From an uncultured Anaerolineales bacterium (lineage in GTDB: Bacteria > Chloroflexota > Anaerolineae > UBA7937 > B3-Chlor), in NCBI GenBank assembly GCA_964573815.1, contig CAZNMJ010000001.1, positions 1 through 56,625 of the forward strand: a stretch of DNA of 56,625 nt, given 5' to 3'. Under the pieces are notes generated by a model. It did not search any database. It saw nothing but the letters and a program-made list of their open reading frames with translations, and had not been told where the DNA came from. Position numbers and translations under genes: made by a program. This document shows, in pieces, positions 1-6,807 of this stretch. The first letter of the stretch is position 1; each line of letters begins with the position of its first letter.

Positions 1-55
1 TGCCATCCCCCCATGACCTTCTCGGCCACGAGGCTACGCAGCTCTTCGGGTGTCG
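1..55. repeat. Terminal direct repeat, left copy (identical to 56571..56625). Indicates a circular or circularly permuted genome, or an assembly overlap.
   Basis: Read directly: tgccatccccccatgaccttctcggccacgaggctacgcagctcttcgggtgtcg is present at both ends of the window. A minus-strand ORF is continuous across the junction. Confidence 0.95.
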
Positions 56-59
56 TCAT
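1..59 (-). CDS. 5' end (ATG at 59..57) of the junction-spanning gene whose body is 56300..56625. Partial in this linear view.
   Basis: Hand translation from 59 gives MTTPEELRSLVAEKVMGGW..., identical to and continuous with the ORF at 56300..56599. GGAGGG lies 4 nt upstream of the ATG. Confidence 0.7.
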   Translation of the reverse strand, partial: MTTPEELRSLVAEKVMGGW

Positions 60-69
60 CACGCCCTCC

Positions 70-360
70 TCACTTCCAGTGCTGCTCAGAATAGTACGGG
101 CGGTGTATGCGTGCGGGCCACAACCACCCCCGATTCTCCTCCGCTTTGCTTCTCTGAGCGTGACGCCGCATTGCCATCGCTGCGGACAAGGCGGCACATA
201 GCTCGTCCACGCTACACCGGATCGTTATCTCACAGCCCATCGCCACGATGCGAACATCTACCCTTCCATATTCCGCATAATCATAGGGCGTCACGAGAAG
301 CGTCGCGCTATCCTCTTCTTCCTCACAATCGGGCACGTAGCCCTGTATCTGAATTTTCAT
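70..360 (-). CDS. Hypothetical protein (96 aa)
   Basis: ATG at 360 is preceded by GGAGGGGG. The gene packs tightly against its neighbours. No recognisable motif. Confidence 0.6.
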   Translation of the reverse strand: MKIQIQGYVPDCEEEEDSATLLVTPYDYAEYGRVDVRIVAMGCEITIRCSVDELCAALSAAMAMRRHAQRSKAEENRGWLWPARIHRPYYSEQHWK

Positions 361-371
361 CTACCCCCTCC

Positions 372-512
372 TCACGTCTCGTGCGGACCATAGAACTCAA
401 TCTCAATCCAAAAAGGCCCTAAATCTAGCACGAATCTGAGTCCAGAGAACCACAGTATTGCGAAGCCTATTGAGAACTGCCACCAGTTCGCGCCATATCG
501 GAACGTCATCAT
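372..512 (-). CDS. Small hydrophobic protein (46 aa, below the ORF-track cutoff)
   Basis: Hand translated: MMTFRYGANWWQFSIGFAILWFSGLRFVLDLGPFWIEIEFYGPHET. A GAGGAGGG SD lies just upstream. Its TGA stop lies inside the same 16-nt stop-SD cassette seen at 514..529. Confidence 0.45.
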   Translation of the reverse strand: MMTFRYGANWWQFSIGFAILWFSGLRFVLDLGPFWIEIEFYGPHET

Positions 513-571
513 GCCCTCCTCACGTCTCGCGGCGGCAACGTCACGACGCAGACCAGCTACGGCCCCCTCGT

Positions 572-594
572 GGTTGAAGGCGGGCCCTTCAACC
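572..594 (-). terminator. 9-bp perfect hairpin (GGTTGAAGG-cgggc-CCTTCAACC) just downstream of the stop of 621..1154. No U-tract.
   Basis: Inverted repeat read directly. Without a T-run it is only a weak terminator or RNA-stability candidate. Confidence 0.25.
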
Positions 595-620
595 GCTGGC
601 TCTCCAGGACGGTGCGCATC

Positions 621-1154
621 TCATGTCGCCTTCCGTGCCGCTGGATCTTCGAGCAGCCGATAGCCAGCCGCAAGCCGTTGCGTCATCTCTCGCACTTCAG
701 GTAGCATCTTGGCTTGTCGCATGTCCCGACGAAGGATACTCTCATACGCCTGGTAGAAGCGCGCTCGATCCGCCACGATGTTCTCACTCAGGCACACATG
801 ACGCCAGCCACCGATCCCCTGCAAGGCTCTATTGATGGCAGGCGTAGAGAAGCTAGGTCGATGCAGCGCGTCGTGAGTAGAGATGGCTCCGATAACCTCC
901 GCCCAAGCGTCGTAAGCACTGGGGGCGTATCTCGCACCCGTGAATATCTCGAAACAGCGGTCCCGCAACTCGGCCACCGAGGGGAAGAACTTGTTGGTCG
1001 TGATGCAATCCTTAGCCGCTGCCTCCAGAACTTGCTCAGGCACGTCATGGAAGGCCATCACGTAGACCTCCACGGTTTGCTCGCGCAGCTCGAAATGAGG
1101 ATAGGCCGCGGCAAGCAGGCCACAAGTCTTCGCCACGAATCCCTTTTCAGCCAT
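621..1154 (-). CDS. Helicase-loader-like replication protein (G39P-like domain)
   Basis: The internal ATG at 1154 overlaps the upstream stop (ATGGCTGA). The pattern LLAAAYPHF...VEVYVMAFHDVP...TNKFFPSVAELR resembles the SPP1 G39P loader/inhibitor domain (expected PF11417). It lies directly after the initiator gene. Confidence 0.6.
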   Translation of the reverse strand: MAEKGFVAKTCGLLAAAYPHFELREQTVEVYVMAFHDVPEQVLEAAAKDCITTNKFFPSVAELRDRCFEIFTGARYAPSAYDAWAEVIGAISTHDALHRPSFSTPAINRALQGIGGWRHVCLSENIVADRARFYQAYESILRRDMRQAKMLPEVREMTQRLAAGYRLLEDPAARKAT

Positions 1155-1935
1155 TCTTCTCGGCCTCCAGTTTCTCAAGATAGGATCGCACGCCGGCGAA
1201 CCCCCGCGGTTCGTCACCCTGTGGTCGGCGCTTGCTCTTGGTCATCGCCTGAATGTAGGCGAGGATGTCACCCGTAGGGGGTTTCGTCGTGAGGTGCCAC
1301 ATCAGTTCGGCCAGTCGCCCCGCCCCACCAACCTGCTTCGCCACTTTGCCGAGATAGCCGTATGCTGGTTGGTCGCCGTCCGCGCCGAAACAGAGAGTGT
1401 ATATGCGCTTCAGGAACGCTGGCCGGTTGGCCGTGCTTTTGAGAGTGTCCAACAGGTCTCGGAAGGCATCAGAGAGGCAGGTTTTTGCACTTCTCTGCCC
1501 CGAAGGGTATTCATAGTCTTGTAGTTTTATAGTTATAGAGGGAATACACAAATCTGCACTTCTCTCTGCACTTCTCTCTGCACTTCTGATATGTAAAGAG
1601 GCAACATCCTGCACTTCACTTCTGGAATCCAACCACTCCTCACGGGTGCGCCAGTTCGACACCTCAATCTCCAGATGATGAGGGAACCGTGCCCGTCTAT
1701 GTATGTACCCGGCCTTTTGGAGTGAGCTGAACCATGATTTGATAGTGCGGATCGAGCGCCCCAGTATTTGCGCCGCCTCCAGGTGGGTGTAGTCTATGAC
1801 GCCTCCTTCCCGCGCGACCCACGCGCGCGCCAATATCCACAAATAGAGCCAGATGGCCGGCCCCATGCGGCGGACGTGCTTCGCCTCGATTAGCCCCTCG
1901 AACACGGGGAAATACCAGCGTGAGCCTTCAGTCAT
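1147..1935 (-). CDS. Replication initiator / replisome-organiser-like winged-helix protein (lambda O-like role)
   Basis: HTH-like segment LEAAQILGRSIRTIKSWFSSLQKAGYI. Iterons and an AT-rich tract lie inside the gene (the encoded peptide shows SAERSAERSA). It is followed by a loader-like gene. Confidence 0.6.
   Translation of the reverse strand: MTEGSRWYFPVFEGLIEAKHVRRMGPAIWLYLWILARAWVAREGGVIDYTHLEAAQILGRSIRTIKSWFSSLQKAGYIHRRARFPHHLEIEVSNWRTREEWLDSRSEVQDVASLHIRSAERSAERSADLCIPSITIKLQDYEYPSGQRSAKTCLSDAFRDLLDTLKSTANRPAFLKRIYTLCFGADGDQPAYGYLGKVAKQVGGAGRLAELMWHLTTKPPTGDILAYIQAMTKSKRRPQGDEPRGFAGVRSYLEKLEAEKNG
1486..1619. repeat. Putative origin of replication: five TGCACTTC(T/A)C iterons (starts 1486, 1555, 1567, 1579, 1610) around an AT-rich tract (1511..1552)
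   Basis: Three copies are exact 12-bp tandem units (1555..1590). The AT-rich stretch tcatagtcttgtagttttatagttatagagggaatacacaaat stands out in a GC-rich gene. Confidence 0.6.
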
Positions 1936-1941
1936 TGCGCG

Positions 1942-1989
1942 TCACATATCGGCCCACATCTTGGTGTAGATGCGCCGGTAGATGGCCAT
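1942..1989 (-). CDS. 15-codon upstream ORF (MAIYRRIYTKMWADM) in frame with the initiator gene, separated from its ATG by TGA-CGC-GCA
   Basis: Hand translated. A GAGGG SD lies 8 nt upstream of ATG 1989, whereas ATG 1935 has no SD. The motif IYTKMWAD resembles the usual N-terminus of phage replisome-organiser proteins. Confidence 0.35.
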   Translation of the reverse strand: MAIYRRIYTKMWADM

Positions 1990-1992
1990 AGT

Positions 1993-2805
1993 CTAGCCCT
2001 CGCTTTGCTCTTCAGGTATGGGCACTGGTTCGTTACCTAAGAAGTCCTCAGCCGGATACAGGTGGGAATGCCCCAACTTCTCGATGACATAGGGCAGTCG
2101 TATAGGATAGCCCTCAATGAGTCGCCATTTCTCCCAGAAGTGAGACAGGAACAGCTTGACCATCACACGTCGCGCGTCGTAGTGCATCCGTAGCGGTGGC
2201 CAGTCTTTCGGGTCTCGTGTGGCGGCAGTGTAGGCTCTCCGGTCATCGTAGACGCGCCGGTAGGCACCGTTGGCCCGGAGCATAGAACTGCCGATGTGTT
2301 CCAGGCAAATGGCCTTGAGCCGTCCGTTGTAGCTGGCCCTCTCGCCCTTGATCCGCTTGAGGCCCGGCTTGAGGCCCGCAAAGTGCCAGAGGCTACTCAC
2401 CGTCCTGAAGGCCCCAATACCCGTAGGCTTGATCTCATTCCCCCGTGCCTTGATCCAGTCTTGGTCTTGCTTCGTCTTTAGGCTTTTGGTGACGATCCGA
2501 TTGTGGGTCATATTGACCGGGCCGATCTCGCCCAGGAGTTGGGCCAAGCCAAGTTTGCCCACCCCACGCACCTCGCTTAGCCAGTCAATCCAGAGGGGAT
2601 GCGGAGTCACAGCCAACTCCACGCTTTTCTTGATGCTCTTCTCGACGGCGAATAGGCCCTCATACCATGCCTCATCCCGTTCCGTGTTCCGTTGCGATCT
2701 TCCCTGCTCCTTGGACCGGATGCGTTCTCCGATGCCGAGGCGCAGTTTTTGCACCTGGCGGTAGAGTTTCGCGTCTTGGCTCAGCCCGACGTAGTCGTAG
2801 TTCAT
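1993..2805 (-). CDS. Protein resembling the C-terminal Tnp/HhH domain of IS110-family recombinases, without the N-terminal DEDD RuvC-like domain
   Basis: VRGVGKLGLAQLLGEIGPV...FRTVSSLWHFAGLKPGLKRIKGERASYNGRLKAICLE matches the Transposase_20 pattern (expected PF02371). The N-terminal ~80 aa look coiled-coil only. The start at 2805 has a strong SD (GAAAGGAGACGC-ATG). The longer ORF-track start at 2931 has none. Confidence 0.5.
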   Translation of the reverse strand: MNYDYVGLSQDAKLYRQVQKLRLGIGERIRSKEQGRSQRNTERDEAWYEGLFAVEKSIKKSVELAVTPHPLWIDWLSEVRGVGKLGLAQLLGEIGPVNMTHNRIVTKSLKTKQDQDWIKARGNEIKPTGIGAFRTVSSLWHFAGLKPGLKRIKGERASYNGRLKAICLEHIGSSMLRANGAYRRVYDDRRAYTAATRDPKDWPPLRMHYDARRVMVKLFLSHFWEKWRLIEGYPIRLPYVIEKLGHSHLYPAEDFLGNEPVPIPEEQSEG

Positions 2806-2829
2806 GCGTCTCCTTTCGCGCTCGTGACC

Positions 2830-3360
2830 TGGCTCTCGCTTCTCCGATGGCTCGCGCGTCGAGGCTGGATCTTGATCCTCCTGTGGCTCGCGTCGGTGGA
2901 GTGGGTCTCGCTTGTGCCATGGCTCGCGCATGGGTGGTAGGTCTCGCAGGGATGCTGGCTCGCGCTTGCGTCATGGGTTTCGACTTTGGTTTGGCTCGCG
3001 CCCCGCCCATGGGTCTCGCCCTCAGCCTGGCTCGCGCTATGGACATGGATCTCACTCGCTCCTTGGCTCGCGCTCTCCACCTGGGTCTCGCATGCCGGGT
3101 GGCTCGCGCGGCGCATTTGGGTCTCGCGTTCACCTTGGCTCGCACGCGCATCGTGGGTCTCGCCGACAGTATGGCTCGCGCTTGTTGTTTGGGTCTCCCC
3201 AACTACATGGCTCGCGCATCGAGGCTGGATCTCGCGCTCGCAATGGCTCGCGCCGCCCAAATGGGTCTCGCATTTGACATGGCTCGCGCGCGGGGTTTGG
3301 GTCTCACGCCCGTCGTGGCTCGCGCTCGATGCTTGGGTCTCGCGGCCCCTGTGGCTATTC
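2830..3360. repeat. Phased repeat array: 30 nine-bp cores every 18 bp, alternating A = TGGCTCGCG and B = TGGGTCTCG (15 units of 36 bp), with unrelated 9-bp spacers
   Basis: Core starts read directly at 2830, 2848, 2866, 2884 ... 3334, 3352, all exactly 18 bp apart with no indel. B variants include TGGATCTTG, TAGGTCTCG, TGGGTTTCG, TGGATCTCA and TGGGTCTCC. Confidence 0.9.
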
Positions 3361-3882
3361 GTCCAACTCCTCGGCCACCCGCATCACGGTCTCGCAGAAC
3401 GCTTTGGCCTCGTCGATTGCGCCACAGTCGTTGGCGACCAGGCGCGCCAAGGCCCGGCGGATGTGCCCGATGCACTGATTCTGAAGATAGTTGCGCGCGG
3501 CTCTCGTCCCGTTCTCGGAGTCACCGTCCACCAAGCCGTCATTACCGTCGGCGGGATACGCCTTGTAGCGAGCGAGTACAGTCTCATGCTCCTGCCCACT
3601 GGAGTCGTGTGATTTGCGAATGAGTTCATCCAGCGGTGATACCCGCCGAAACCGCTGATAAATGCCCTCCGCAAGCTCCGTCTTGGCCGTGGGATCGAAT
3701 ACCTGCTCTTCGACGGCTCCGGCCCGTTGCCTCACGAAGTAGAACTGGCTCATCTCACGCGCCGTCCGTTTCGTCTCGGCACCGACGCGATAAGCGTCAC
3801 GCGAGTTGGCGAACTCCAGTTCGGCGTCCTTGTCGGCCTCCATCCAATCCGAGATGTCGATCACGACCTCATTGTCAAGCAT
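3355..3882 (-). CDS. Hypothetical protein (175 aa)
   Basis: The internal ATG at 3882 has AGGAGG-taag upstream and abuts the upstream stop at 3884. No recognisable motif. Confidence 0.6.
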   Translation of the reverse strand: MLDNEVVIDISDWMEADKDAELEFANSRDAYRVGAETKRTAREMSQFYFVRQRAGAVEEQVFDPTAKTELAEGIYQRFRRVSPLDELIRKSHDSSGQEHETVLARYKAYPADGNDGLVDGDSENGTRAARNYLQNQCIGHIRRALARLVANDCGAIDEAKAFCETVMRVAEELDE

Positions 3883-3883
3883 C

Positions 3884-4186
3884 TTACCTCCTGTCTTGAT
3901 TCTGTGTGTTCCCAAACACTCTCCGCGTGTCCTTCGCCGACCACCTTCTCTCTGGCTTACCCCGGTTCTTGCGCCCCCCGGGGACCCAAAAGGCGTCGCG
4001 CCATCCATCCGCTACCATCGCGCTGACCATCTGACCGAAGGCTTGGGTGCGGGCCACCTTCGCCGTCTTCCCGGTGAGGATAACGCCCGGCAGTTCGACC
4101 TCCTTGAACAGAGGCCCTTCGCTCTTGGCTTCGGCGATGTTCTCAGGAGATGTGAGTTCGCGTGCCACGATGACGGTTATGGACAT
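3884..4186 (-). CDS. Hypothetical protein (100 aa)
   Basis: ATG at 4186 with a GGAGG SD. Coding-like composition. No motif recognised. Confidence 0.6.
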   Translation of the reverse strand: MSITVIVARELTSPENIAEAKSEGPLFKEVELPGVILTGKTAKVARTQAFGQMVSAMVADGWRDAFWVPGGRKNRGKPERRWSAKDTRRVFGNTQNQDRR

Positions 4187-4203
4187 TCAATCCTCCGATG
4201 CTA

Positions 4204-4902
4204 TCATTCGCATGATATTAGTGTGCCCTGCTCAACGTTGATCCCCGGCAGGGGCGGCTGGGTCTCGCGCACCCGCCGGCGGGCCGTCTCCGCCACGTCG
4301 GGGTCGATCTCGAAGGCGAGGTAGCGACGGCCCAGCATCTTGCACACGGCGGGGACGGTGCCGCCGCCACAAAAAGGATCGAGAATGACAGAATCGGGAT
4401 TAGACAATTTGCCAATATAATAAGCAAAAAACCCCTCACCTTGTCCCCATTTATGGAAGAGTTTGCTATATTCCATTTGTGATTTAGTGCTCGTATAGGA
4501 ATCAAGGATAAAGGAACCGTTTCCAGCCCCCGTCTTCGAGAATGTGAGGCAAGGTTTCCATGTTACCCACAATCGCTTTTGAAACATGGCCGCGTTCTTC
4601 TGTGGATGATGGTATGCAATCAGCCAATGAAACTTGATTACTCCATCTACTGCAATCAGGATATCAGCCACAAAAGCGTGGCCCGCCAAAGTCAGTATCA
4701 TGCCCTTTGACTGCAATACCCTCGCCCCCGTCTCCGCCAGCCACCGATAATCCTCGATCTTCTGGTACACTGGATCTGTGAAGATCAAGTCCACCGACTC
4801 GTCGGGGACGGCCTTCGCCAGCTCCCGCGCGTCCCCCGTGTATATGCCTTCATGCTCCCCGCCAGGGCCAAGCTCATAAGGACCTAGTGTTTCTATCATC
4901 AT
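4204..4902 (-). CDS. DNA methyltransferase (N6-adenine/N4-cytosine type, beta-class motif order)
   Basis: Motif IV-like FTDPVY near the N-terminus and motif I ILDPFCGGGTVPAVCKMLGRRYLAFEID near the C-terminus (expected PF01555). The start overlaps the HNH stop (ATGATGA). Confidence 0.8.
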   Translation of the reverse strand: MMIETLGPYELGPGGEHEGIYTGDARELAKAVPDESVDLIFTDPVYQKIEDYRWLAETGARVLQSKGMILTLAGHAFVADILIAVDGVIKFHWLIAYHHPQKNAAMFQKRLWVTWKPCLTFSKTGAGNGSFILDSYTSTKSQMEYSKLFHKWGQGEGFFAYYIGKLSNPDSVILDPFCGGGTVPAVCKMLGRRYLAFEIDPDVAETARRRVRETQPPLPGINVEQGTLISCE

Positions 4903-5609
4903 TGAGCAATTCTCTCTCTGTACTGCCGAAACTGTAGCCTCGTGTTCAATCCATAACCGAACATGTTATGAAATCTCCTATGATGTCTCCGACACAATGT
5001 CAGGCCGTTGTTTGAATCAAATCGCCGTCCTGGGTTGTCTCCCCAAGATTCGAGGTGATGTGCACAAATTCGCCTATTTGTGTGGCAAATCGTACACCGA
5101 AACCCATCCCTTCTGAATACTTGGATGCGCCAATCGAGATATTTGGCGAGCGTCCTGCCAATTTGTCCTCCTGTCCACCGGGGATGATCCTCACCAATCT
5201 GGTGTTTGTTCAAGGCATGGAATGTCTTTGCTGCCGCCTCTTTTTGAATACATCCACAGCTTAGGCTCTTCCCAGCCGTTAGGCTATTAGTGAGAATCTC
5301 CTTGGTATTCCCACAATCGCACAAACAAAGCCAGAGAATGTTTCCGCCTTGGCGGATTCCAGAATCTTCAATAACAACTAGTCGCCCGAATCTCTGCTTG
5401 GTCAAATCTCTATACGCCCATTCGCCACGCAGACATCCACAACTGTTGGTCCTACCTCCCGTTAGGCAGGAAGTTCTAACTAGCGTTGTATTCCCACAAT
5501 CGCACTTGCACTTCCACAAGACCACACCGCTTGCGTCACGCTCGCCACTGTCTTCAATGGCAAGAAGGCGTCCGAAGTGCTTTCCTGTGAGGTTTTTCTT
5601 ACCACTCAT
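4899..5609 (-). CDS. HNH endonuclease with duplicated Cys-rich N-terminal repeats
   Basis: C-terminal CAHHLESW...NGLTLCRRHH HNH motif. Two copies of GRL..IEDSG....W.C.CDCGN....L..G...SCGC, typical of phage HNH homing-type enzymes. Confidence 0.8.
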   Translation of the reverse strand: MSGKKNLTGKHFGRLLAIEDSGERDASGVVLWKCKCDCGNTTLVRTSCLTGGRTNSCGCLRGEWAYRDLTKQRFGRLVVIEDSGIRQGGNILWLCLCDCGNTKEILTNSLTAGKSLSCGCIQKEAAAKTFHALNKHQIGEDHPRWTGGQIGRTLAKYLDWRIQVFRRDGFRCTICHTNRRICAHHLESWGDNPGRRFDSNNGLTLCRRHHRRFHNMFGYGLNTRLQFRQYRERIAQ

Positions 5610-5664
5610 TGCAGATTCTCGGGCGTGTCGTTGGGGCCCAGGAGGTAGGGGCCGAGGCGGTCGC

Positions 5665-5742
5665 TCACCGCCCCCTCCTCGCCCTGGCCCTGCTCCTGCG
5701 CTTCTTGGCGCGGCGGGCCTTGTGGCGTTGTTCTTCGGTCAT
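5665..5742 (-). CDS. Arg/Lys-rich 25-aa micro-ORF (MTEEQRHKARRAKKRRSRARARRGR)
   Basis: Hand translated. Its ATG overlaps the radical SAM gene stop (ATGA). Very short, so weakly supported. Confidence 0.25.
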   Translation of the reverse strand: MTEEQRHKARRAKKRRSRARARRGR

Positions 5743-6563
5743 GGCTTCCTCATCTCCGCGAACATCGCTGCTGGCCGTGACCAGGTTCTGTTCAGCGCGC
5801 GCCATCCGCGACCATATTTAGGGCCACCGTCAAAATCTCGGTACAACTGGGAAAAGGGCAAACAGCCAATCCGCCAAACGGCCCGCAACCGTTCCTCCGC
5901 CTGAGCCAGGGATTCCTCCAATCCTATCATCACGTAGCAACGCAACTGTCGGCGCGTCAGGAATGGGACACGCCGAACAGCGTCACGTAGCGGACCCAAA
6001 GATTCTCTCGTGTCGGCGGCGAAGAACACTTGGGAGATCGGGATGGTCGCCAATTCCTTGGCAGTCCAATCGGTGAACAGCCGCGAATCCAAGCCTCCGG
6101 AAAAGGTAACTTTGCGACCCTGCTCTCGCAGCATGGCAAATACGGCTTTCTGATGAGCGCGAGAACAGGCCAGGATGTTGTTATCCTGCAAGATCCAACC
6201 CTCTCGAATCGGCAGCAACCTGATCTTGCCCTCGCGTTCGGGCACGAAGCACCAGGGGCAACTCCTCGGACAGCCGCGACTGGTGATCGTAACGCCCCTC
6301 TGAAGATACATACCGGGCCGGAACTCGCCATCGTCAGGTCCTATCGCAGGCCCCCCCAACTTGACGACGGGGTAATACTGGCCCCATGCTCCCGCCAAGC
6401 GCCGACCGTCCGCTATGTCCCATGTGAACGTAACCGAAAGGTGCACCTCTTCCGCCTCTGGCCTCCATAGCGGCGGCTCGCCCACGAAGGCCATCTCATC
6501 CCGTGGCGTCATGCTTGTGCGCCTGGGGAAGACTCTGATTATGGGATGCGCCGATTCGGTCAT
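5739..6563 (-). CDS. Radical SAM protein, function unknown
   Basis: CX3CX2C cluster motif TSRGCPRSCPWCFVP. GGAGG SD before ATG 6563. Confidence 0.7.
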   Translation of the reverse strand: MTESAHPIIRVFPRRTSMTPRDEMAFVGEPPLWRPEAEEVHLSVTFTWDIADGRRLAGAWGQYYPVVKLGGPAIGPDDGEFRPGMYLQRGVTITSRGCPRSCPWCFVPEREGKIRLLPIREGWILQDNNILACSRAHQKAVFAMLREQGRKVTFSGGLDSRLFTDWTAKELATIPISQVFFAADTRESLGPLRDAVRRVPFLTRRQLRCYVMIGLEESLAQAEERLRAVWRIGCLPFSQLYRDFDGGPKYGRGWRALNRTWSRPAAMFAEMRKP

Positions 6564-6621
6564 GGCACCTCCAATTCCACGTTAGCGCACACGCACTCTT
6601 GCGCGTAGCAGGCGCAGATCC

Positions 6622-6807
6622 TCAGAAGGGCGCATCATAGCGATAGAAAGCGCCAGTCTTCAGGTCTTCGATGATGAGATTGGCGGAACAGAAACACAAA
6701 CGATCCCACCGCCAGTGATAATTCCCACCCCGACACCGCTTGAATAGAAAAGGTGCATGTGTTTGCAAGAACCGTCTCCAATTAGGCGCTCTTGTGCTAC
6801 AGGTCAT
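6622..6807 (-). CDS. Hypothetical Cys/Trp-rich small protein (61 aa)
   Basis: The internal ATG at 6807 overlaps the upstream stop (ATGA). Confidence 0.45.
   Translation of the reverse strand: MTCSTRAPNWRRFLQTHAPFLFKRCRGGNYHWRWDRLCFCSANLIIEDLKTGAFYRYDAPF

Noticed and set aside
366-529. 16-nt perfect direct repeat CCCTCCTCACGTCTCG at 366..381 and 514..529 (a related copy near 63..72)
   Set aside because: On the minus strand it reads CGAGACGTGAGGAGGG, that is, a TGA-containing coding end followed by a GGAGGG SD. It is therefore explained as a reused stop-SD coupling cassette or a local duplication rather than a separate element.
2830-3360. CRISPR array interpretation of the phased repeats
   Set aside because: Spacers are only 9 nt, the repeat cores are 9 nt and of two alternating types, no cas genes are present, and there is no leader-like AT-rich flank.
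2667-3623. Long ORFs in several frames across the repeat array: 2667..3623 (+, 318 aa) with 12-aa MARAxxxGLxxx periodicity; 2986..3612 (+); 2912..3277 (+); 2672..3202 (-); 2802..3260 (-); 3203..3475 (-); and the N-terminal extension of 1993..2931 reading REPxxxRDPxxx
   Set aside because: They are open mainly because the GC-rich cores lack stop triplets. The plus-strand ORFs have no SD and run antisense through two well-supported genes. The minus frames I checked are broken by stops (3052..3054, 3203..3205, 3304..3306). Conservation follows the DNA motif, not a codon pattern.
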